Assembly (NCBI GenBank): GCA_029717555.1
Contig: JAMDHS010000003.1
Coordinates: forward strand, 186,001 to 250,000
Length of the DNA: 64,000 nucleotides
Reading direction: 5' to 3'
Origin: Peribolospora baueri
Lineage: Eukaryota
The translations under genes and the position numbers were made by a program. The notes beneath the pieces are model-generated. The model made no database searches. It worked only from the letters and a program-made list of their open reading frames with translations, and was not told where the DNA came from. Below, in pieces: positions 48,701-60,593 of the stretch. Position 1 is the stretch's first letter. Each line of letters starts with the position of its first letter.

Positions 48701-51700
48701 ACGGTGGTAGCCGAAATGGGGGGCATGGAGGAAGAACCTCGCAAGTCTCGTCAGAGCGTCTTCAAGAAGTGGTTTGATCGAACGCACTACCTATGGATCA
48801 TCGCCATCGTAGCTGACATCGGAACTCAAGCTGCGAAGTACTCCACCATGTCCCCGGGCTATGGCTATGCTTTGGGTGAGTGAGGGCTTGCAGAGATCAT
48901 GATTTATTTTATTCTGGATCTCGATTTGTTTGACGGTATTTCTTTCTTTTGCCTTCAGATCAAGCCGAATTGTACTTCACGATCGCTTTCGACATCGAGA
49001 TCATGCTCCGGTTCTTCACCTACCTCCCGGATTACCGAACCTTCTTCAGGAACAAGCGCAACTACACGGACCTTTTCCTTGCCATCGTCACCATCATTTT
49101 GCAGATCCCCGCCATTCACGACACGGAGGTTTACAATTGGCTCACGATCTTCCAAATCGCGAGGTTCTACCGCGTCATCTTGGCCATTCCGCGCATGCAG
49201 CGCTTACTGGTGGGCCTCTGCGATATGTCGCCGCTTTCCCGAATCAGTCCAATGGGTCGAGTCGCTCATCATCGGCAATGTCCTTCCCTACCAGGCACGT
49301 ACGCTGGGGAGAATTGCGGGTCTGCTCAACATGATCTTATTCGTGCTCATGATGGTGTTCATCGCGTCCCTGATTGTGAGCGTGCTGTTGTTTGCGGTCA
49401 TTCCCATCGGCAATGTCTCACGCGGTTTTGTTTCCTCAGGCGGTCCAATTGCTGCGAGGTGATATTTCCGCAAGCAGCGGTAGTAACAACGTCGAGATCA
49501 ACTTCAAACAGATTTACAACTCTTTCCTAGGGATGTACCAGGTAAGGCGCTATTTTCTGGCCCCCCTCGCCTGCCATCTTGCGTCTCAACCCATCCTTCC
49601 ACACCTTATCAACAGCTCTTCTCCTCGGAGAACTGGACGGAAGTCCTTTATGCAGCGCTCATCGCGGAGCTGCCGTTCAAGCAGGCCATAATCACGGGCA
49701 TCTTCCTATGCGTGTGGATCCTCTTTGGCTACTGTGAGTTTGGCCGCGTTCTGGATGACGGCCTGTGGGTTATAATGATAACGGGGATGCTTCGACGCCG
49801 CTGCCACAGTCATCATGCTCCAGATGTTCATTGGTGTTATCAACGAGAACCTCATGCTCGCTGAAGAGACGAAAAGGAAAAAGCAGCTAGAAGAGTTCGA
49901 AAGAAAGGCGCAGCCTCCGTCCGCATCCAAGAGCTGGATATTCAAGTACAACATCTACAACTACCTCAAACCGAAGCGCTCCGACGGGGAGAGGACGATT
50001 CCAGCGCCCCTGTCGCGTCGTCCGACGTTGTCTCGCAAAGCTTCGGTCATGCGACACTATCAGGAAATTAGTGAGGACGACCGATGGGCAGTGAGTAGAA
50101 AGAGGACAGGTGGAAAGTCATCCTTTCTCATGTTGGATGATTTACTGCTGACCACCCAGGTTTCCATTCCGCCGTCGATTTGAACAGAAGCGCAACTCGC
50201 TCCACGATGTCACCGCTCCGACTCTGTACGACTCGGTCGGCGGGTACGTAAGCAATCTCTGGCACGTCCGCCATGGAAGCGAGAGCATCCCCTTGCATGA
50301 AATGCGAGGGCCGAATGACCCCAACGACGCGTCCGGGGATATCGGAGCAATTGAACAGGAGCTGTGAGTTGTCGTCCGTTGCTGCCGTTCGCATCGTCCA
50401 TATGACTCATTCTGAGATCCCATCAATGACAGCGACCGCATGCGCCCCGAGAACTGGGGCGCTGAGCGGAGAGAGGACAAGGTGAACGAGCGCCGCGCCG
50501 AGCAGGTCAAATTCATCGCTGCCCATCCCAGCTACGATACTTCGCTCTTCATTTTCCGACAAGGCCACCCGATCCGCAAATTCTGCCAGCGGTTTGTCCC
50601 TCCGTCCTACGGTGAGCGCATCTACGGCGAGGCGCCTTCGCCGTTGTTACACGCGCTCTTCCAGGTATCCATATTCCTGGCCATCGCTGGCAGTGTTACC
50701 GTTGCCGCTATCGCCACGCCGCTTTACCGACGCGACTATTACCAACGGTACGGCCTGATCCGCGGCTCGTGGTTCTCAGTGACCGAGATCTCGCTTGGCC
50801 TCTTCTTCGTGCTTGAATTTTTGGTCAAGGTCATTGCCGACGGGCTCATCTTCACACCCAATGCATACCTACTTAGCATTTGGAACGGCCTTGACTTCTT
50901 CGTGCTCGTCACGCTGTTGATCAACGTCAGCTCGGAGCTTGTCGTCATCGGCGGTATGAGCAGTTTCACGCGAGGTCTCAAGGCGTTTCGTGCTTTGCGC
51001 CTTATCAACCTCTCCTCTCGTATGCGAGAAACGTTCCATGCCGTCATGATCGCCGGATTCGGTCGTCTCTTTGACGCCTCCACGCTCGCCGTCCTCTATA
51101 TCATCCCCTACGTGAGTCGTTCCGTTCCACTGATACCACTTTGGCGTCGATTGACGGTCTTATCTGTCCCTTTCGCAGGCCGTTTGGGGTCTCAACATCT
51201 TCTCTGGGCTGCTCTACTCGTGCAACGATGGAAGCAACTCTATTCAGACCAAATACGACTGTATCAATGAGTTCTCATCTCAGCCTCTGCAGTGGAACTT
51301 CCTCGCACCTCGGTCTTGGGCCAACCCTACCCAGGGCACGGTGTACAGCTTCGACGACTTCAAAGCCTCCCTTTTGGTCTTGTTCGAGATTATCTCTCTG
51401 GAAGGCTGGATCAATGTCATGACAACGGCCATGAGCGTCGCCGGCTTGGACCAACAACTCACTCCGGACGCGTCCCAAATCAACGCGATCTTCTTCGTCT
51501 TCTACAACCTCCTCGGCGCCTCCGTCATCCTTGCGCTCTTCGTCTCCCTCATCATCGAGAACTTCCAGACTCGCTCAGGTCTGGCTTTCTTGACGACGGA
51601 GCAGCGACAGTGGATTGACTTGAGGAAGCTAATCATCCGCCAGCGACCTCCCAAACGTCCCAAAGTCCGTCCTGGGACCCCATTTACGGCGTGGTGCTAC

Positions 51701-54151
51701 GACCGGGCCGTACAGAAGCACGGCTGGTGGTCGCGTAGCATGACGGTGCTCTACTTTATACACATCATCGTTCTCATGACCCAACGTTTCGGAGACCCTG
51801 CTTGGGCAAATACTTTGCGAGGTGGGTTGCTTGGTCCTTCGCAGCCCTGTTTCGTGGTTCCAACTCGCTGTCGGCTCACCACGGCGTTTCCTTTTGACCA
51901 TACCCACAGACTACGTTTTCCTCGGATTTACTCTCGTCTACCTCGTTGACATCATCGTTCGCATGATCGGCCTCGAATGGCGCAACTTCCGACAAAATGG
52001 ATGGAACATATACGACATTATTGTGGTGACGGGCACGCTGGTGACCACCATTCCGATCCTCACCGGCGGCGAGAACTTTGTCAGCACCCAGCTACAGAAG
52101 CTCTTCCTCGTGAGCATCGCCTTTAAGTTGGTCCAGAAGAACAATGGCCTGAACCAGCTTTTCAAGACGGCCGTGTAAGCACGTGTTCCTTTGGAATCGC
52201 GCCTGGTATCTTTACAAAATTCATGTTCGACTCGTGTTCTCTTCGCTTCGTCGCCCTTACAGTGCCAGCCTGCCGTCGATCATCAGCCTTTTCATTCTAT
52301 GGTTCACCATGTTCCTCGTCTGGGGCCTTTTTATGGTCGAAATCTTTGGCCTCACCAAGTGGGGTAGCAACGAAACGCACAACATCAACTTTTCTTCCTT
52401 TCCTCGCGCTCTCGTATTCCTTGTGATGATGACGACTGGGTGAGTTGGGCTGACCCTACATTCTCGGTTAATCCTCGCACACACGATACGCCATTGCTCA
52501 TGGCTTGCCCTATTCGTATTGATCCTATGCCATCTTGCGAGCAGTGAGGGCTGGAACGGGTTCATGCACGACTACACACTCTCGGGCGATCTGTGCACGC
52601 AGTCCTCGAGCTATCTCGACTCCGATTGCGGCAGCCAAGGCTGGGCGTATGTGCTGTTCATCACATGGAACGTCATCTCGATGTACATCTTCGTCAACAT
52701 GTTCACGGGTACGGTGGTGGAGAACTTTTCGTACGTGTACAACCTCGGCGGTAAACCTGCGCTGTCTCGCGAGCAGATGAGGCAGTTCAAGAAGGTCTGG
52801 GTCGAGTTCGACAAGGAGCGCAACGGCTATATTCACCGTCAACATTTTGTCCCCTTCTTTGCGGTTAGTCCCTCTGTCTTTTTCACCCGTTCAAGGCTCG
52901 AGTCTGACCAGCACTCTGCTTCTCCCTTCGCCTCTTAGAAATTGACCGGAGTGTTTGATGTCAAGGTCTATCCCACCGAGTTCAGCGTTCCGAACTTGCT
53001 CAAGGCCGCGTCCATCACAGCGACAGGGCCTTCCAGTCCAATGCCGAGTCCGTCACATAGCCCGATCGGATCTGTTATGTCGAAGAGCATCATCGTCGAC
53101 GGCGTGGACGTGCGCAGACTGAGAAGGGCGGTGGCCAAGATCGACTCCGCGCGGATCGCGCGACGGAAGGAGACATACATCCGTCTCCTCCACGAGGCCC
53201 TCATTTCCGAAGAACCCGGGAGAGGTATCTCTTTTACCAACATGCTGTTCCTGCTTGTCCATTATAAACTCATCGATGACGAAAGGGCATTGCAGTCAGT
53301 ATTTTTTTTCTCCATACTTACCGTCGTTCATATTATTCGTTGTGGATGGCCCTAACATTGTGTCTCGCCCCGTCTCACCTCTTCAGACTCGGAGAACTGC
53401 ATAGGCGGAGACAGAAACTGGCTCGGGTGGAGGAATTGGTAAACTTGGACCGCCTTCGAGGTTTCCTGCGGACCATGGTCCTTCGCCGCCGTTTTGAGCA
53501 GTTGAGGCGGGAGAGGCACTCGAAAGGTCAGTGTTCATGCCAGCCTCACGTTCTCTCTTTCTTTACCCCTACGCGTCGATCAATTCGCTCAACTAGCTTT
53601 TGTTCCCTTCCCGGACGCCGGTTCCTTTCCTTCAGTGCCACAAATCCTGATCGATGCTCAAGAAGGAGGCGAAGGAGAGCGTCTGTTGCATTCGCCCACG
53701 CCATCGATCACCTCTTCTCTCACCCTCGAAGGCCAGGGCAAGCTGAGTCTCACCTTGACACCGCCTTCAGTAGAGACCTTCGTTGATAGGGACGGATACT
53801 TTGACGATATGAGCCGAGGCAGACCTCGTTCGCCAGGGTAAGCTAGCCGTCTCGTTGCCCTAGTTCCATACTCCTTACTGCCTTGCTCTACAGGGGACAT
53901 CTGATGAAGACTGACGGAGACGTATTCACTATTCATCCTCTATTCAACCGCGTTTTTCAACCGAATTCAATAGTTCATCCTCTGAGCGCAGCCTCTCCCC
54001 CTCTACCCCTACACGTTCCTCCCCTACGCAACATCAAGCCTGGGACCGTGTCCTTGGACGGCTGGACCGAGACAGTATGGATAGTGGCCGTGGCACCGGC
54101 GACGAGAGCGGGAGAGACAGAGGACGGGCAGAGTCTCAGCGGCCCTCGTGA
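45716..54151 (+). CDS. CCH1: Four-domain (24-TM) high-affinity Ca2+ channel Cch1
   Basis: [31 protein letters not shown]...[93 protein letters not shown]; pore ring N-E-E-E. Confidence 0.95.
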
Positions 54152-54719
54152 TGATCACCTTCTGTGACAGGAATTTCTTCCAGACTTAGGGATCGAGTTA
54201 AGGCTCACTGGTAGTGATCTCGCATACCCGGGGCAGTGAACGAGATGAAGCAATACAAGATGTACAGCACGACCACGGCGCCCCAAATGTTAGTCACAAG
54301 CCTTGAAAATCGGGCAGAGGCATGCGAACATTAGGCAGGAAGGGCAGGGATAGCCGGCTTCTGAGATGGAATGTGCATTCTGACAGCACGTGTAGAGTAA
54401 CTGCCCCACCTTCGACCTTCCATGCCATCTCTTCGTTACGGACTTTAGCGTTCCTTTGCCTTCTCTTCCTCAGTTATATGCTTGGATGCTGTGTAGACGT
54501 ATTCGAGAAGACATATCGCACTTTTGCTGACGGTTTCATGTCCTGCATCGGATCGGACATATGGACGCATCCCTCGCTGACACTTTGGGATGAACGACTC
54601 GTCCAGGCTACAAGCAAGGCGGCGTCACTGGTTGCCTCAGTGCGTCTGTGAATTGGACCACAGGACGGGCCGAGAATGGAAACACGGGCAGACGTCGAGA
54701 AACGAAAGATAGAGAGGCT

Positions 54720-57700
54720 TCACTCCCGCTCAGCCTCAACGTCCACCACTTTTACTTCCGAGGAGCTCGTCTCCTCTACTTTCCCCTCCTTCAGGCTCAC
54801 GTCCGCGTCCCCTTCCTTTATGCCCAGATTCGCCGTCTGCTTCTCCAGGTCGCTTTCCTCTCCCTTCTCCGCCGTCCTGACCGCACCTCTACCTCCGTGT
54901 TCCGGCAGCACCGCGATATCCTGATCCGGCTCGTACGCCTTATCCTCCCACCAGCCCTCCCTCCGCATCCCCTCCTGGGGCCAAACCATGTTCAACGCCC
55001 AGTAGACGATCGCGCTCACCCCGAAGCCGAGGAAGAACGACAGCGTGTACATCCGCTGCGCCGTCAACGGCACCGTGCGGCCCACGGCGCCGGCGAAGCC
55101 GACGATGTTGATGGCGATGCCCGAGATGTAGGCGACGTAGGCTCGCAGGTTGATGCCTGCGAAGAAGAAGTAGGTAGAGTTGCGCGAGGTAGTGTAGAGG
55201 GAAGGTACGTCCAGGTGGCCTCGGCGGATGACGTAGTAGTCCGTCACCATTACCTGCGCGCATGCAGAGCGGAACGAAGGCGAGACGGACAGGATGCAAG
55301 CAGTGGAGGAAGAATTGGTCAGTGCGGGTTCGGAGGGCCAGCGGGGATAAATGAGTGAACCCGCTTCCTTGAAACAGTGCGACTAAATATGAGAACTCAC
55401 TCCGATCTGGACAGGGATGGGACGGGCGAGAAGGACAGCAAGATGCAAGCGGAGACTCAGTCTCCAAAAGGACGCGGTAGTCACAATGGCTGATGATTAG
55501 CTGGCGAACACTTACAACACCTGACGGAAAAAGAGGAGAAAGGGCCGAGAAGAACGCATAAGAGAGATCAGGGCGCTTGGTCTCGGCTTCGTTACGGTAC
55601 GACGTCCCCGTCACTCACTGGACAGGAAGACGCTGTAGCTGCTGAGATACGAGGTGAAGCTGTTGGAGCTTGCGACGAGGTTCCAGGCTGGACACGGTTT
55701 CAGCGGGCAGCGAATGTTGTGAGTTCCGGGGGGCAACAGTCAGGGACCACGGGCATCACACTCACGGCACATGCAAAGGCCAACGATGGCCGCGATGTAG
55801 CCTCCTCGACGGATGTTGACGAAGCGGGGTAGGAGGGCCTGACGAGCGAGATCAGGTTGAGCCAAGGCAAGCTCGAAGGTCAAAGGAATGGTCTCTGGCT
55901 ACACGCAGTTTCGTGGTAGCAGTCCGGACCAACTCACCGTGAGGTCGCTGTTGCAGTAGGAACCGGACGTCCGAACACGTTCGCGTCAGTGCATCCATCA
56001 GAAAGGGTACGTGTGCGAGGGAAAATCGCAGACGACGAAGGGGCCCCACACACCTGCCAGCGGATATGGAGTTTGCTGCAATGTTGACGCCTATTTGGGC
56101 CAGGACGAAAGCGGTCGAGATGCTTCAAGGAGCGAGCAAGGGGAGTGGTTTGCATACGAGACAGAACGACGGTGCAAGGTAGACGGAGAACGGATGACGG
56201 GGAATGAGCGTTAACGTCTACCTAGCCCAAAAGCGGCTTGGCAAGCGGAAGTGTCTTCCATGAAATACAACAACAATGTGAATGCACCAGGAACACTCAC
56301 AAGAAGACGCCGCATCGGGCTTTCGAATTGTACGGGTCGTCGTCCAGTCTTGAAGGGCAAGGTAGAACAGGAACGGGTCAGGCGAGAGGAGAGCATTTGG
56401 CAGAACGAGGGAGGGGAGAGTCAGCTTGGTATCTCTCTGACATCGGAACAGAATACAAACCAGGACGCGAGAAGATAGGAAGCACCGGTCCACGAAGAAA
56501 GAACGCACTCACTTTCTTCCGAGGAGTTCCAGAGGGCTCCAGATGTTCTCTCCGTAAATGGTCGTGGCGGAGGAGGAGACGATGATTCCTGCGATCGAGC
56601 ACGAGCATGTGAGTCGCAAGATCCTGGGTGCCCGAGCAAGAACCCAAAGTTCACGAAGGACGGCCCAAGCTCGCTCCGCTCACCGACGAAGGTGGTCAAG
56701 CTGAAGGTGACGGGAATGGAGATAAGCTGTGAGGCGACCATGTCCTTAGGCCGTGTGGCGAAGCGTGTGAAGTCTGTCCGCCCATTAGGAAGTGCGTCCA
56801 TGGCAGAAGAGGAGGGACAATAGACCAACGGGACGAGAGGATACGACGTCAATAAACCGAAGCTGGAACGGACGGAGGGACATGCAGAAGAGAAGTCGGC
56901 ACTTTCATCGATTAGAGAACATTTCCAGCATCTCACCTGGCGCATTGGTAGCAAGCGTAGCAAAGTTGGAAATGCAGCTCATGACGGAGCTAACGAATTG
57001 CCAAGCGAGCTCATTGCCCTTTATGGTGGCGGGCTGTTTGACGATGGGACCCACGCCGTGAGCGTCTGCAATGGACCAGGCGAAAAAGGCCACTGCTGCT
57101 ACGGGTACCACGATCGTCTTGACCATGAAGAAATGACGGATTTGGTGTACCGGGAACCAGATCGCTGGGAGGGAGACGAGCCAGAAAAGGAAGAAGCCGA
57201 CCTTAATGTGATCGGGAGATGAAGTCGACGTCAGTGGTAGGTGGCGCTCGCCGATGTACGTTGGACGACATGGATGGCTCACAAAATCCCTGGTGTTCGT
57301 CCCACTAGAAATGGGCATGGTATTGGGCAGACGGTTGAAGCTCGGCCAGATGGAGCGGAGCACCAATGTCATACATTGGCCACCGATCCACGATTGCACT
57401 CCATACCAGCTATCGAAGGGCAGGGGTAGAGTGGCGAGAAAGAAGGAAGTCGTACATTGGCAATTAATCAATTGGTCCGGTTAAGTGGACCGCTCAGGGC
57501 ATGATGTGCTAGCCAGAGTGAAGAGTAAAAAACACGTGTACTCACATGCAAGCCATGGCAGCCCTATTCAGAACGGGCCAAAGCGCGCCCCAGATTCCGA
57601 AAGATGAGCGGATTTGAACTGGGAAGCCTACGTGCCAAACTGCGCCCGGTCGTCCGTTGGCGATCACAAACCAGCTGACAATGGTGTAGCCTACAATGAC

Positions 57701-58370
57701 GGCGAGCCATGCTTGCCACCAGGACTATGGGTGACCAGAAAAAAGAGAGGACGTGATGAACGAAGGTGAGCAGATTGAGGACGTTGAGAGCCAGCGTGGT
57801 CGTGAAGATGCATGCGTTGAAGGGAAGATGACACCAACCATTCCGGCCTGAATCATGCTGCTAGAGATCATCCTGTGAGGAACAGAAAATATTCAGAGCA
57901 ATAATTCCTGGTCAGTCGTCCGGTTGCCATTCAACCCCGAAGAAAGCGTCTTGAGCAAATGCGGGGAAAGCGCGTGAGACCATAGCCTCTCGCTCCTCCG
58001 TCGCCCTTTTCCGTGGCGGAAACAACGGACTCGTCGCCCGAGGACGAGAAAAAAAGACTTGCCAAGTGTTGATGTTGAAAGAATCTGACACCCAGAAGAA
58101 GACTGCATGGTAGACACAGACAGGCAAGGAACGTTCGGTCGACGGAGGGCCTTGGGACGTGTCGGCACAAAACCCCTGCACCTGCCAGTCGCCGTGGGGC
58201 CTCGACCACCCACCAAAGCTCCTCGCACTCCACTTCCTGCGTCCCTTCTCGACGGGCAGGAGGTCATGGTTGGCGAGCAAGAGCCGATTCCGAGAGAGAC
58301 CTTGAGACCCCGGCACGGAGACGAAGTCGAGGACCTTTTGGGCCGGTTCGCGAAAGGTAAAGGTCGGCAT
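54720..58370 (-). CDS. NCS1 family (Fur4/Dal4-type) uracil/allantoin/hydantoin permease, highly fragmented into exons
   Basis: LANHDLLPV...RKWS; [112 protein letters not shown]. Confidence 0.92.
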
Positions 58371-58675
58371 TCTGAAAAAGGGGGGAAACGGGATAGAGAA
58401 GGAAAAAGGCGGGAGGACAGGAGGAGGAGGGAAGGAGGATGGGCCGAGGTGAGAAACTGGCCTTGGTGGGGCCTTGCTCTGCCCTTTCTATGTGTTTGGG
58501 CTTCCCCGTCTTCCTTCCTCCTTCGTCCCTGGCCCTGACTGGGGAAGCAGCGGGACTAGACTAGATTGTTACGCATTACCCATGAAGAAGGCGGTGCGAG
58601 AGCGCCACCTGGGCGCGGACGCCATGATATCAGGTTAAGTTCGACATGGAGGGCTGACTTGACTGGCCGGCGGCA

Positions 58676-58695
58676 AGCGATAAGCCCTTATCGCT
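58676..58695. promoter_or_regulatory. Inverted pair of GATAAG (nitrogen catabolite repression type) sites
   Basis: AGCGATAAG-CC-CTTATCGCT, a perfect 9-bp inverted repeat in the divergent promoter; TGATATCA also at 58625-58632. Confidence 0.6.
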
Positions 58696-59197
58696 CGCCC
58701 TGCTGCGGCGAGAGGGGTCAGACAAGATCCGACCGAGGTAGGCGAACTCAGCTGGCACTTGATCTCATTTTGGGGTGTGCGGTCGTTTGAGGACGGTCGC
58801 TGCCCAGCCATGGTGAGGAACGAGGGCGGAGCAGGTGATCACTCTCTTGCACTCTTTGTTCTCTTTCTTGCCTTTACTTGCGTCGCTTCTTCAGTCTCGA
58901 GTACCCAGCGGCGCAACCCTCTCGGAAGGGGGGAAAGAGGGTGGGGACAGTAAAGGCGGAAGAAGATGCCGATGGCGTGGGTCTTCGCATTTGCGACGAC
59001 CCTTTAGAGGCCGCCGTAAACATGAGACGGTCTTGCTTAACGCCTTCCTTCTCCCTCCCTGGCGCACCAAGTGAGTTCAGGAGCAGACCCGCCCTCCAGT
59101 CTCCTCGCTAAGACCACCCCGGAACAACGGGCAAGCAGACCAGCAACTCGCTCTGCTCTTCCAGTCGACTACCCCACCACAATCGCAGACCTATGCC

Positions 59198-60166
59198 ATG
59201 CATCACATCCTCTTCATAAACCCCAACTCGTCCGCTTCGCTCACCCAGGAGCTCGAGCGCAACCTCAAATCTCCAAAGCTCGGCCTGACAGCGACGACGC
59301 GCGCGGAGGACGTGGAAATAGACTTCTACACCGCTCCCGCGCCTTCGCCTTCTAGCATTGATGGGCCCGAGCAAGCGGAAAAGAGCTCCGACGTCGTCTT
59401 GGCCGCTTTCGGATTCGCGACCAGCGCAAGCGACGGTGAAGACGGCACCATGACGGTCATCGACGGCGTCCGAATCGCCCAAGCCCAGCTTCCCCGCCCA
59501 CTGAGGGAGTACGAAGCGATCATAGTCGCCTGCTACTCTCCTCACCCACTCGTCCCTTCTTTGCGCTCCCGTCTTTCGTCCCCGTCAGCCGCCCCGCCAG
59601 TGCGCGTCCCGCACGTCCTGGGCATCTTCGAATCCTCTATCGGCGCGGCCTTGCGATCGGGAGGGACGTTTGGCATCGTAACTACCGGCAAGCAATGGGA
59701 GCCTGTGCTGCTCGACGGCGCGCGGAAGGTTATGACGGACATGGGAGCGACGGCGTCGGATGGGAGCAAGGCCGGATGCGTGGGCGTGAGAGGCAGTGGA
59801 GTGGGAGTGCTGGATCTGGTGTCCGACGAGGCGGAGCCGGCAGACTCGGACAGCCAGACTGAACAGGGACGGAACCCGTCTTTACCCGGTAGCACCGACG
59901 TACGCCCACCGACGTCGATGCTGACCGCCTCGCTCGACCTCGTCCTGCATGCGCATGCAGAGGTCATCGTCGTAGGCTGTGCCGGCATGTCTCCCGTCGC
60001 CGAGCCTCTGGAGAAGGCCATCCAGTCTTCCCTTCAGGACGCAAGTCAAGACAATGCGCGCGATGAGAGAGGCGGAGGCGAGCCGCGCCGCGTACCGGTC
60101 GTGGACGGGGTCAAGGCGGCGATCGAGTGGGCGGTCGAGTTGGTAAAGGGAGAGGAGAGTAAGTAG
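59198..60166 (+). CDS. DCG1: Asp/Glu/hydantoin racemase family protein (allantoin racemase, Dcg1-like)
   Basis: ILFINPNSSASLT; APSSIDG; AIIVACYSPHPLV (Cys1); VLGIFESSI; FGIVTTG; VIVVGCAGM (Cys2); VPVVDGVKAA. Single coding exon. Confidence 0.85.
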   Translation: MHHILFINPNSSASLTQELERNLKSPKLGLTATTRAEDVEIDFYTAPAPSPSSIDGPEQAEKSSDVVLAAFGFATSASDGEDGTMTVIDGVRIAQAQLPRPLREYEAIIVACYSPHPLVPSLRSRLSSPSAAPPVRVPHVLGIFESSIGAALRSGGTFGIVTTGKQWEPVLLDGARKVMTDMGATASDGSKAGCVGVRGSGVGVLDLVSDEAEPADSDSQTEQGRNPSLPGSTDVRPPTSMLTASLDLVLHAHAEVIVVGCAGMSPVAEPLEKAIQSSLQDASQDNARDERGGGEPRRVPVVDGVKAAIEWAVELVKGEESK

Positions 60167-60593
60167 GACCACTCGATGGACTTTTCCGAGGTCGGAGACG
60201 TGGGCGTGGGAGGAATTGAGGTGAGATTGTTGGATCTGTTACCGGAGAATTGGACGCGGCCAGGCAGCAACCGTCTCCGTCTGGGTCTGGATCCAGCGGC
60301 ATCTATAGCTCGTCACCGGCGTCGGTGCCGAACGATGCCTCGCTCAGCTTTTCCTCGAATCTGTCGCACGTCCTCCTGGTTCGTCTTTGTCCCGTGGGAA
60401 CCCAATGCCTGGCTCGTATAGGTCGTTTGCCGGCGTCGTCGTGTTCTGCAACGCATTTTCGAGGCTCTTTTCTTTTGGTTGTCCCTCAACCCTACGAGTA
60501 CCCTCACGGACCAAGAGGCTCAAGAAACGGACGTGGTGCCATCCTTCATCTACGTTGCAGGAAGAAGAGCACGGCGACAGGGGGACGAACTAA

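Noticed and set aside
48433..52560. Cch1 pore ring N-E-E-E rather than E-E-E-E
   Set aside because: Three acidic residues plus a polar one is the established fungal Cch1 pattern.
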